From NCBI GenBank assembly GCA_964549915.1, contig CAZJWX010000004.1:63181-127180 (forward strand): a DNA stretch of 64,000 nt, read 5' to 3'. The DNA comes from an uncultured Anaerolineaceae bacterium. GTDB lineage: Bacteria; Chloroflexota; Anaerolineae; Aggregatilineales; Phototrophicaceae. Shown piece after piece: positions 1 through 8,288 of this stretch. Each line of letters starts with the position of its first letter. Position 1 is the stretch's first letter. Made by a program: the position numbers and the translations under genes. The notes beneath the pieces were generated by a model. It was not told the origin of the DNA and searched no databases. It saw nothing but the letters and a program-made list of their open reading frames with translations.

Positions 1-609
1 TTCCAGATCTACGCTACCACGCTCATCCGATGGCAGCTCGATGACCTCGAATCCCGCCATCGTCACCGTCGCGGGATTGGTACCGTGTGCGCTGTTGGGG
101 ACGAGAATTTTCGTGCGCTGCGTATCCCCACGATCCACATGATATTTGCGGATCATCAAGATTCCGGCGAATTCGCCCTGGGCACCAGCAGCCGGAGCCA
201 GACTGACAGCCTTGAAACCGCTGATTTCCGCCAGCCACTCTTGCAGCGTGTGCATCAACGCCAGCGCACCCTGGGCGCTTTCCTCATCCGCCAATGGATG
301 CAGATGGGCAAAACCAGGCAGGCGTGCCATATCTTCATTCAGCTTGGGATTGTATTTCATGGTGCAAGAGCCGAGCGGGTAGAATCCCTTATCAATCGCA
401 TGATTGAACTGGCTCATCTTCAGGAAGTGCCGCACCACCTGCAACTCGCTGACTTCCGGGAGCTTCAGGTCATTGCGCAGCAAATCTTCTGGCAGGTCAG
501 CACTGGGCACATCGCTCTCTGGCAGGTTCACGCCCGTCCGCCCCGGTACGCTCGTATCGTAGATGAGCGGTTCCAGTCCGTTCGTTTCGTGTTGTGTCGC
601 AGTTACCAT
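1..609 (-). CDS. gcvPB: Glycine dehydrogenase (aminomethyl-transferring) subunit 2 (GcvPB). Only the N-terminal 203 codons are present; the gene runs off the window start.
   Basis: Absent from the ORF track because it is open at the window edge. Manual translation from the ATG at 609 gives MVTATQHETNGLEPLIYDTSVPGRTGV...GSCTMKYNPKLNEDMARLPGFAHLHP...VPNSAHGTNPATV, a typical P-protein beta-subunit N-terminus. Start and stop overlap with gcvPA (TGATG). Confidence 0.9.
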   Translation of the reverse strand, partial: MVTATQHETNGLEPLIYDTSVPGRTGVNLPESDVPSADLPEDLLRNDLKLPEVSELQVVRHFLKMSQFNHAIDKGFYPLGSCTMKYNPKLNEDMARLPGFAHLHPLADEESAQGALALMHTLQEWLAEISGFKAVSLAPAAGAQGEFAGILMIRKYHVDRGDTQRTKILVPNSAHGTNPATVTMAGFEVIELPSDERGSVDLE

Positions 610-1943
610 CAGCCCATACTCCCTAGCACATCTACCAACGCGTCAATTTCTTCCCTGGTGTTCATTTCCGTCACCGCAAGCAGCATATGATCCTGCATAT
701 TGGGGTAATTCTGCCCCAGGTCATAGCCACCAACGATCCCATTGGAGAGCAATGCCTCGTTGACTGCCTCCACGGACTCCAGACTCTTGACGACAAATTC
801 GTTGAAGAAGGGGGCATCACGCAGCACTTTGTAGCCCTTCAATTCGTCGATTCGGTCAGCGGCATAATGCGCCTTGTCATAGTTCAGTCGGGCGATCTTG
901 CGCAGACCATTGCGTCCCATCAGCGACAGATAGACCGACGCCGCCAGCGCCATCAAGCCCTGGTTGGTGCAGATGTTGCTGCTGGCCTTCTCGCGGCGGA
1001 TATCCTGCTCGCGCGGGCGCAGGGTCATCACAAAGGCACGCTTGCCTTCCTGGTCAACGGTTTCGCCGATGATGCGTCCGGCGATCTTGCGCACGTACTT
1101 CTGTTTGGTGGCAAAGAACCCCAGGTAGGGTCCGCCGTAGCTCAGCGGCACACCCAATGGCTGTCCTTCGCCAATGACAATATCCGCGCCCAACTCGCCA
1201 GGCGATTTGAAGAGCGCCAGAGCCAGCGGGTTCACGACCATGCACAGCAGCGCACCCTTCTCGTGGACTTTTTCCGCCAGTCCGCGCAGGTCTTCGAGCT
1301 GCCCGAAGAAGTTGGGATAGCCAACCGCCAGCATCGCTGTCTCTTCATCGACCAGCGCCGCCAGTTCATCGATGGTGCGCCGCTGTTCGTCACCCACCAA
1401 TTGCAGGTCACGCCCCTGGTGATACGTGCGCATTACAGCGCGATACTGTGGATGAATCGCGTTGCTGATGACGAATTTGCGCCGCTTGCCCCGCTGGACT
1501 TCAAAGGCCATCGTGACCGCTTCGGCGAGACTGGTCGCGCCATCGTAGTGACTCGCATTGGCGGCATCCATGCCCGTGAGAGCGCACATCATGCTCTGAT
1601 ACTCGTAGATCGCTTGCAGCGTCCCCTGCGAAACTTCCGGCTGGTATGGCGTGTAAGCTGTGTAGTATTCGCCCCGCAGCAAGATGTGATTGACGACCGA
1701 GGGAACGAAGTGATGATAGGCACCTGCACCCCGGAAGAGCGCGAAATCCCCGGCGTGCTCGTTGGCCTCTGCCAGGGCGCTCATTTCGCGGGTGATTTCC
1801 AATTCGCTCATCGCCTCCGGCAAATTCAAATCCGGGAAGCGGTGCGAAGCAGGAACCGCCTCAAACAAGTCTTCAATTGTCGTGACGCCGATGGCAGCCA
1901 GCATCTGCTGCCGCTCGACCTCTGTATGGGGTATGTAGCTCAT
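609..1943 (-). CDS. gcvPA: Glycine dehydrogenase (aminomethyl-transferring) subunit 1 (GcvPA)
   Basis: 444 aa. MSYIPHT...RGEYYTAYTPYQPEVSQGTLQAIYEYQ...SNICTNQGL are P-protein alpha-subunit motifs. Lies between gcvH and gcvPB. Confidence 0.95.
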   Translation of the reverse strand: MSYIPHTEVERQQMLAAIGVTTIEDLFEAVPASHRFPDLNLPEAMSELEITREMSALAEANEHAGDFALFRGAGAYHHFVPSVVNHILLRGEYYTAYTPYQPEVSQGTLQAIYEYQSMMCALTGMDAANASHYDGATSLAEAVTMAFEVQRGKRRKFVISNAIHPQYRAVMRTYHQGRDLQLVGDEQRRTIDELAALVDEETAMLAVGYPNFFGQLEDLRGLAEKVHEKGALLCMVVNPLALALFKSPGELGADIVIGEGQPLGVPLSYGGPYLGFFATKQKYVRKIAGRIIGETVDQEGKRAFVMTLRPREQDIRREKASSNICTNQGLMALAASVYLSLMGRNGLRKIARLNYDKAHYAADRIDELKGYKVLRDAPFFNEFVVKSLESVEAVNEALLSNGIVGGYDLGQNYPNMQDHMLLAVTEMNTREEIDALVDVLGSMG

Positions 1944-2171
1944 ACAACAATCTTTCTCTATGTACCAACAAACACCTTGTAAGAATGCATCTCGGCAACC
2001 GCATCATTGCGCCGTGCGAGGCGCAGCAGATGGCGATTCGCAATTGAATATGCAGTCTGGGGCGGTGCCGCTCAAGCCCCCTCTCTACACGACATGCTTG
2101 CCCCGCATCCACGCCCACCTGGAGCATGAATCGGCTACTGCGCCAGATGCATCATCTTGTAAGAAATCTTT

Positions 2172-2564
2172 TCAGCGGCTCTCGCAATAGGCTTTGTAGG
2201 CGGCTGCATCCATCAGGTTGGCGAGATTGCTATCGTCCGTGATGCGCACTTTGATCATCCAGCCGTTGCCATAGGGGTCTTCGTTGACGATTTCCGGCTC
2301 GCCCTCCAGTTCGGAGTTCACTTCAATGATCTCCCCAGCGATGGGCATGTAGACTTCCGAAGCAGCCTTCACGGACTCAATCTCACCGAAGCCCGCGCCA
2401 GCTTCCAGCGTCTCGCCGACTTCTTTGAACTCGGCATAGACCAGATCATTGAGCGCATCCTGAGCGTAATCCGAGATGCCGATGGTGGCGGTATCGCCCT
2501 CCACACGCACCCACTCGTCACTTTCGGCGTACTTCAAGTCTTCCGGGTATTTCAATTCAGCCAT
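2172..2564 (-). CDS. gcvH: Glycine cleavage system H protein
   Basis: 130 aa with the lipoyl-lysine motif ESVKAASEVY. Typical H-protein length and start (MAELKYPEDLKYAESDEWV). Confidence 0.95.
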   Translation of the reverse strand: MAELKYPEDLKYAESDEWVRVEGDTATIGISDYAQDALNDLVYAEFKEVGETLEAGAGFGEIESVKAASEVYMPIAGEIIEVNSELEGEPEIVNEDPYGNGWMIKVRITDDSNLANLMDAAAYKAYCESR

Positions 2565-2597
2565 CGTCCTTCACTCCTGAGGAATCCACAAATACAG

Positions 2598-2640
2598 AAA
2601 CGAAAAGAGCGCACGCTTGAATTTCGCTGTGCGCTCTGTC
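2598..2640 (-). terminator. Intrinsic terminator hairpin that forms the expression platform of the glycine riboswitch
   Basis: Minus strand reads GAGCGCAC-AGCGAAATTCAAGC-GTGCGCTC followed by TTTTCGTTTC. It lies about 35 nt upstream of the gcvH start. Confidence 0.6.
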
Positions 2641-2778
2641 AGTAACGACCTTCAGAGTTCTTCACCCGGTGAATCCTATGAACCTGAGAGTTTCACGACC
2701 GCACTCGCCAGCGACAGCCGCTTGCCCCTTCGGTGGCCTGTGCGAAAACAGGCACTCTCTTCAACCGGGCGGATAGTT
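2598..2778 (-). promoter_or_regulatory. Glycine riboswitch (one clear aptamer plus terminator) in the gcvH leader
   Basis: Minus strand reads GAAGAGAG-TGCCTGTTTTCGCACAGGC-CACCGAAGGGGCAA-...-AAACTCTCAGGTTCATAGGA. This matches the conserved GGAGAG / CACCGAAGGGGCAA / CUCAGG..A.AGGA core of the glycine aptamer. Its position upstream of gcv genes is the classical context. Confidence 0.75.
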
Positions 2779-2878
2779 TCTCTTTTGTACAGCAGTATAC
2801 TGACGAAGCTCCCATGATGCAACTCCGCAAACATAGTTCATGCCTGCCGGAAGCCACTTCCAGGGCGGCACACCAGGA

Positions 2879-2887
2879 TGTTATAAT
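2879..2887 (+). promoter_or_regulatory. Candidate extended -10 promoter element (TGTTATAAT) for the SCO1-like gene
   Basis: TGnTATAAT match 43 nt upstream of the ATG at 2930. The same 9-mer occurs upstream of tgt. Confidence 0.35.
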
Positions 2888-2929
2888 TTTCACAATACGT
2901 AAGCAGAGCATCATCGAGATTCGCAGCAC

Positions 2930-3598
2930 ATGAACCCAAAACAGAACAACCTGACCTGGCTCTACCTGCTGATTGCGGGATTGGTGGGAGCCATTGCCCT
3001 GGTTAGCGGCTATATCGTCGTCCTGAGCCTGACAGCACCAACATCGGATACGCCCTCGGCGGCCTTCGTACAGAACAGCCCGAACGATGGCATCAGCGAG
3101 ATCACGCCCCCTATTGAGGTCGAAAACTTCGTACTCACGGATCAAAATGGCGAAGAAATCGCCCTTGCGGATTTGCAGGGCAAGCCCGTCCTGATTTCCT
3201 GGGGGTTCACGAATTGTCCGGATATTTGCCCGCTGACACTGCGTGAGATGCGCCAGATTCGCAATGATCTGGGAGAACAGGGCGATGATGTGAATTTCGT
3301 GTTCGTCAGCGTAGACGGCGAACGCGATACCCCGCAGCGTCTGGCGCAGTACTTCGCCACGCTGGATACTGAATTCGTCTACGGGATGACGGGCGACCCG
3401 GAGCGTGTGCGCGAGATTGGTGCGCCCCTGGGTGTGGACTTCGCCTATACGGAACCCGACGAGAACGGCTTCTACACCGTCAATCACACCGCCGGGATGT
3501 TCCTGCTGGACGAGGAAGGCAACTGGATTCGACGCTACACCTACGGCATCGAACGCAGTGCCCTCGTCCGCGACCTGGAGGCATACCTCAATAGCTAA
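2930..3598 (+). CDS. SCO1/SenC family copper chaperone (thioredoxin fold), membrane anchored
   Basis: 222 aa. N-terminal TM helix, a CxxxC motif (FTNCPDICPLTL), and a downstream His in VNHTAGMFLLD. Confidence 0.85.
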   Translation: MNPKQNNLTWLYLLIAGLVGAIALVSGYIVVLSLTAPTSDTPSAAFVQNSPNDGISEITPPIEVENFVLTDQNGEEIALADLQGKPVLISWGFTNCPDICPLTLREMRQIRNDLGEQGDDVNFVFVSVDGERDTPQRLAQYFATLDTEFVYGMTGDPERVREIGAPLGVDFAYTEPDENGFYTVNHTAGMFLLDEEGNWIRRYTYGIERSALVRDLEAYLNS

Positions 3599-3605
3599 AG
3601 AATAG

Positions 3606-6161
3606 CTAAAGGCGTGGTGCACGCGGCAGGATGGTCGTCACGACTTCATAGCTGATCGTACCCAGCCATTCTGCCGCCATCTCCGCAGTGATGATCTCGT
3701 CGCCCTGCGCTCCCAGCAAGACGACCTCGTCGCCGACACGCACATCGGGGATATGCGTCACGTTGACGGCGCTCTTCTCCATGCTCACCCGCCCCACCAG
3801 CGGTGCACGCTGCCCTCGGATCAACACGTATTCCCAGGTTTGCGGGCTGCGCCGGAAGCCATCGGCATAGCCGACGGGTAGGATGGCGATGCGCTCATAA
3901 CCACGTGTGTAGTAGGTGTTGCCGTAACCGATGGGATAGCCCGGTGGGAAGTCGCGCACCTGCAGAACCGTCGTCTTCCAGGACAGTGCTGCGCGCATCC
4001 CGTCCAACATTGGCAGGCTTTTCGATGGACTCAGACCGTAGAGCAGGAGTCCCGGGCGTACCAGGTTGAAAAAGCGTTCTTCGCCACCCAGCAGCCCTGG
4101 TGAATTGGCGGCGTGGAAGTAACGAATCTTCAAGCCAGCCGCGCGGAGCGGCAGAATCGCCTGCCGGAAGAGTTCCACCTGATCGGCGGTGAAATCCTGA
4201 TCAACATCAGCGACTGCGAAATGCGTGTAGACCCCTTCAATGTCGAGATTGGTCAACGGGCGCAGGTAACGGACAATGTGCGAGGAGTCTTCGGCGAAAA
4301 ACCCCAGACGCCCCATTCCCGTGTCGAGCTTCACATGCACCTTCAGCGGCCCCGGCGCACCGAATGCCGCGCGGTGGTAGCGCTGCGCCGTTTCCAGGTC
4401 GAAGATTGTCGCCGTCAGGTTCAGGCGGATTGCCTGGGGCACGGCATCAACGGGTAAATAGCTCAAGATCAAAATCGGCGCTGTGATTCCGGCAGCACGC
4501 AGTTCCAGCGCTTCCTGTAACGAAGCGACGCTGAGGTAATCCGCGCCGTTGTGCAGCACCGTCTGCGCTACCAGGGGGGCACCGTGCCCATAGGCATCAG
4601 CCTTGACCACAGCCATCAGCCCAACGTCATCGCCTACTGCCGTTTTGATTGCACGTGCATTCGCCGCCAACGCCTCGGCATCCACCTCAATCCAGGTGGG
4701 ACGAGCACGCAGCATGAGCGGGGTCTCCGCTGAAGGCACATCCTGGCGCACGAGTCGGGCGGCATCTGCTTCATCCTGCAAGAGCGCTCGTACGATGCGC
4801 TCCATCTGCATGAAGGCTCCCCCCGTCACCAGCACAATATCCGCTGGATTCAAGGCCAGACGTTCCAGGCATGTCAACGTATCTGCGGTGCTGAAGGTCA
4901 TCTTAACTTCGTCGGTGGATTTGCCACCGTCCAATGCCGCACGCCCCGCCGCTGACGCCCCCACGCCCTGTGTGATGACGACATCAGCAACTTCCGCCGC
5001 CCGCAGGCCGATTCTGCGATAAACGTGTGCATCTTCATCCAGTCCCATATCTTCCAGGTCGCCCAGGACGAAAATCACGCGATTGCTCTCCACCGAGACC
5101 GCATCCAGCCAATCCAGCGCCGCTAATGCCGTCAGCGGAGTCCCGAAATCCGTATCATCAACCAGCAGAGAGTCGCCCCAGCCATGCAGAGGCGTCATAT
5201 GACCGGGGAGAACAGGCGGTTCCGTCAGGGCGTGCAGGCCATCCGCAATGGGGATGCCGAAGGCTTCGCCGACCAGCAGCGCATCCAGCAGGGCTTGCAG
5301 ATGATGCTGCCCCAGCACCGGACTCCAGCGCCCCACCAGTCGTTCGCTCCCGTAACGCAAATCGAAACCGACTCGCTCCGCCCCGACTTGCACGTTGAGC
5401 GCCAGCAACGCAGCGCCGAACGCCTCGACGCCAATGGTCTTGACCTGTACATGGGATGGCGCATAGTCGAGCAAAACGCTGGCATTGGGGTCTGCCATGT
5501 CGGCAATCAGCAGGCTGTTTTCGGGCATCACTTCCAGCAGATGCCGCATCTCCCAAATATACTGTTCGGCATCCGTGAAAGCGGGCAGCACCTCGCAGCC
5601 CTGTAAGTCCACAACGGCTACCTGCGGGGAAATGGCACTCGCCAGCGCCTGCATCTCTCCCGGACGGGTGATGTCCACCGCCAGGACAACGACATCATGT
5701 TCGATGCGCAATTCTGTCAGGGCAAGCGGTAGATTCAGCAAACCGCTGAGCACTGTTGTGCTGGCCATCACATCATGGCGCGTACTGAGGACGTGGGCGA
5801 TGGCCGCTGCGGTGAAGGGATCGCGACGCGGGCTGGCAACCAGGACGACTTCTACGCCGAATTTCTGCTGGACATGGGTTGACCAGCGCAGCAGCGCCTG
5901 CATCGTATCGCGGACGATGACGACGGAGACCCCCGTTGTGTCGAATTCGGGCGGTTCAGTGCAGAGCAAGCCCGCCGCTCCGTTGCGCACGGCCTCTTCC
6001 ATATGGCGATGCGTATCCCCTTCCGGCGAGCGCACCGCGACGAAGAGAGCCGTCTCGTGAGCAAAGCGTGGATCGAAGCAGAATTCGGTGAAGAGATTCG
6101 CAGCCGACTCACCGAATAACTGCCCGTTGGCAACTTTTAGGAGTTCATATAGATTAATCAT
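3606..6161 (-). CDS. alr: Fusion protein: N-terminal MurF-like Mur-ligase domain (degenerate) plus C-terminal alanine racemase
   Basis: 851 aa. The C-terminal roughly 380 aa carry the PLP-lysine motif MAVVKADAYGHGA, then PIGYGNTYYT and ILPVGYADGF. The N-terminal roughly 470 aa are collinear with MurF, but the P-loop position reads VLVASPRRDPF instead of TGSNGKTT. Confidence 0.85.
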   Translation of the reverse strand: MINLYELLKVANGQLFGESAANLFTEFCFDPRFAHETALFVAVRSPEGDTHRHMEEAVRNGAAGLLCTEPPEFDTTGVSVVIVRDTMQALLRWSTHVQQKFGVEVVLVASPRRDPFTAAAIAHVLSTRHDVMASTTVLSGLLNLPLALTELRIEHDVVVLAVDITRPGEMQALASAISPQVAVVDLQGCEVLPAFTDAEQYIWEMRHLLEVMPENSLLIADMADPNASVLLDYAPSHVQVKTIGVEAFGAALLALNVQVGAERVGFDLRYGSERLVGRWSPVLGQHHLQALLDALLVGEAFGIPIADGLHALTEPPVLPGHMTPLHGWGDSLLVDDTDFGTPLTALAALDWLDAVSVESNRVIFVLGDLEDMGLDEDAHVYRRIGLRAAEVADVVITQGVGASAAGRAALDGGKSTDEVKMTFSTADTLTCLERLALNPADIVLVTGGAFMQMERIVRALLQDEADAARLVRQDVPSAETPLMLRARPTWIEVDAEALAANARAIKTAVGDDVGLMAVVKADAYGHGAPLVAQTVLHNGADYLSVASLQEALELRAAGITAPILILSYLPVDAVPQAIRLNLTATIFDLETAQRYHRAAFGAPGPLKVHVKLDTGMGRLGFFAEDSSHIVRYLRPLTNLDIEGVYTHFAVADVDQDFTADQVELFRQAILPLRAAGLKIRYFHAANSPGLLGGEERFFNLVRPGLLLYGLSPSKSLPMLDGMRAALSWKTTVLQVRDFPPGYPIGYGNTYYTRGYERIAILPVGYADGFRRSPQTWEYVLIRGQRAPLVGRVSMEKSAVNVTHIPDVRVGDEVVLLGAQGDEIITAEMAAEWLGTISYEVVTTILPRAPRL

Positions 6162-6237
6162 GCCGAGCAGTATAGCATTTCACAGCTTGACTGCCAATTG
6201 AGGTCGGACGCATCGCAAAACCAACGAAACCGGGGTG

Positions 6238-6246
6238 TGTTATAAT
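6238..6246 (+). promoter_or_regulatory. Candidate extended -10 promoter element (TGTTATAAT) for tgt
   Basis: TGnTATAAT match 76 nt upstream of the tgt ATG. Confidence 0.35.
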
Positions 6247-6321
6247 TCACGGTTAGCGAAAACTTGGCAAATTATTGCAGCCGCGAAACATCGGGGAATG
6301 TGCAAGGGCAGAACGGACGAA

Positions 6322-7428
6322 ATGGCATTTGAATTCGAATTGATCGCACAAGATGGCAACGCCAGGGCGGGCATCCTGCACACGCCACATGGGGATATTC
6401 CCACGCCCGTTTTCGCGCCTGTGGGCACGCTGGCGAGCGTCAAAGCCATTCCCCCGCGCGACCTGCGCGACGAACTCAACGTCCCGCTGATCCTGGCCAA
6501 TACCTATCACCTGCACCTGCGCCCCGGCGAAGATATCGTGCGACAGATGGGTGGCCTGCACGACTTCATGCAGTGGCATGGCCCCATCCTGACCGATTCA
6601 GGTGGGTTCCAGGTCTTCAGCCTGACCAAGATCAACCAGATTGACGACGATGGGGTGACATTTCGCAGCCACATTGACGGCAGTGTGCAGCGCCTGACGC
6701 CAGAAAGCTCTATGCAGATTCAGGAGGCTCTGGGGGCGGACATCATCATGGCCTTTGACGAGTGCCCACCCCCCAACGAGCGAGAGGCCGTCATCAGCGC
6801 CCTGGATCGTACGCATCGCTGGCTGGAACGCAGCCGAGAAGCCCACCCCGGCGATGAAATGCAGGCGCTCTTCGGCATTGTGCAGGGCGGCATCTATGAA
6901 GACTTGCGGGCGCAATCGGCTGAATTCGTCACTGGCCTCGACTTACCGGGCTATGCAATCGGCGGGTTGGCGGTGGGCGAGACCAAAGAGCAGCAGTATC
7001 AGACGCTGGACTTCACCCTGCCGCTGATGCCGCATGACAGACCACGCTACCTGATGGGCGTTGGCGATCCGGATGATCTATGCGAGGCAATCACACGCGG
7101 CGTCGATATGTTCGACTGCGTGATGCCGACCCGGGTCGCGCGGCACGGTGCAGCACTCACCCCGGATGGGCGAGTCAACATGCGCAAACTGGAATTTCGC
7201 GAAGATCCGCGTCCCATCATGGAAGGAACTGGTATCTACACGGAGAATTTTTCCCGTGCATATATACGGCATCTGGTAGTCGCGAAGGAGCTGCTAGCAC
7301 ATTACTTGTTGAGCCTGCACAACATCTACTTCCTGGTCAATCATGTGCGCAAGATGCGCGAGGCCATTATCGAAGGGCGCTTGCAGGACTACACCGAAGC
7401 CTTTCTGCAGAGATACCGGGCGAGTTAG
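6322..7428 (+). CDS. tgt: tRNA-guanine(34) transglycosylase (queuine tRNA-ribosyltransferase)
   Basis: MAFEFELIAQDGNARAGILHTPHGDIPTPVFAPVGT, LTDSGGFQVFSL, GGLAVGE and FDCVMPTR. I prefer the ATG at 6322 to the track start at 6235, based on the conserved N-terminus. Confidence 0.95.
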   Translation: MAFEFELIAQDGNARAGILHTPHGDIPTPVFAPVGTLASVKAIPPRDLRDELNVPLILANTYHLHLRPGEDIVRQMGGLHDFMQWHGPILTDSGGFQVFSLTKINQIDDDGVTFRSHIDGSVQRLTPESSMQIQEALGADIIMAFDECPPPNEREAVISALDRTHRWLERSREAHPGDEMQALFGIVQGGIYEDLRAQSAEFVTGLDLPGYAIGGLAVGETKEQQYQTLDFTLPLMPHDRPRYLMGVGDPDDLCEAITRGVDMFDCVMPTRVARHGAALTPDGRVNMRKLEFREDPRPIMEGTGIYTENFSRAYIRHLVVAKELLAHYLLSLHNIYFLVNHVRKMREAIIEGRLQDYTEAFLQRYRAS

Positions 7429-7439
7429 ACAGGGCTACC

Positions 7440-8252
7440 GTGCTGAAACAGGCCAGACGCACTCTCGCGATGCTCGCCCTGACCACGATGGTCGGGTGTA
7501 ACGCGTACCTGACGCCTGCCACACCACCCACTGCCGTTCCGTCGCCGATGCGCATCCACAGCACACGCGCTGCCGCCCCTCTGCTGGAATCGCTCGCGAT
7601 CTCCTACACAGAGCAGCACCCTGGCAGCAGCATCGACCAATCCAGCGCCAACCATGCCACGCTCTTGCAACGCCTGCGCGGTGATCCATCCCTGTATTTC
7701 CTCAGCATGCATCTTCCGCAGAACCAACCTGTATGGGCAGCGCCACTGGCACAGGATGGTCTCGCCATCATCGTACATCCCAGCAATCCCGTCCACAGTC
7801 TGACAATCGAGGAGTTGCGCCGTCTCTACCGGGGCTACATCACCAACTGGCAGGAGCTACAAGGAGCGGATTTGAATGTGATGGTTTTCAGCCGCGATGC
7901 GGGAACCGACATCCGCGCCGAATTCGAACGGTTGGTGATGGGCCAGGAACGCACCACACCGAACGCCCAATTACTGCCCTCAACCGATGCAGTGCTGACC
8001 CAGGTCGCGCGTACACCGGGGGCGATTGGCTATGTGCCGCTGAGCCGCAGCCGCGAGAACGTGGTAACGCTGGCAATGGACGGCGTGGAAGCCTCCCTGA
8101 GCAGCGTCACCCAGAACGTTTACCCCCTGCGAACGGTGATCTACATCATTGGCACCCAAGCGCCAGTAGGCAGATATCGCGATTTTGTGGGCTGGGCACA
8201 GGGAGCCGCAGGGCAGACGAGCTTTGCCGGACGGTTCGCGCCGCTACCCTGA
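7440..8252 (+). CDS. PstS-like periplasmic binding protein (PBP-like domain), probable lipoprotein
   Basis: Signal and lipobox-like region LAMLALTTMVGC, then LTIEELRRLYRGYITNWQEL and GAIGYVPLS, typical of the PBP-like phosphate-binding fold. The track ORF (7080) extends back into tgt; the start is more likely GTG 7440 or ATG 7470. Confidence 0.65.
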   Translation: MLKQARRTLAMLALTTMVGCNAYLTPATPPTAVPSPMRIHSTRAAAPLLESLAISYTEQHPGSSIDQSSANHATLLQRLRGDPSLYFLSMHLPQNQPVWAAPLAQDGLAIIVHPSNPVHSLTIEELRRLYRGYITNWQELQGADLNVMVFSRDAGTDIRAEFERLVMGQERTTPNAQLLPSTDAVLTQVARTPGAIGYVPLSRSRENVVTLAMDGVEASLSSVTQNVYPLRTVIYIIGTQAPVGRYRDFVGWAQGAAGQTSFAGRFAPLP

Positions 8253-8288
8253 AAGCGGATACGACCCATCCAGCAAGCCACTCGTGTA

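Noticed and set aside
1944-2171. Possible second glycine riboswitch in the unusually long 228-nt gcvH-gcvPA spacer. The minus strand contains GTAGAGAGGGGGC and GGGGCAA strings.
   Set aside because: The elements are in the wrong order and spacing. There is no CACCGAAGGGGCAA core after a GGAGAG-like P1, and no CUCAGG..AAGGA closing segment. This is probably just a structured spacer.
7080-7439. 120-codon N-terminal extension of the PstS-like ORF, overlapping the 3-prime end of tgt.
   Set aside because: The extension is Arg-rich and out of character, and it overlaps a well-supported gene. A signal and lipobox sequence begins right after the tgt stop (GTG 7440 / ATG 7470).
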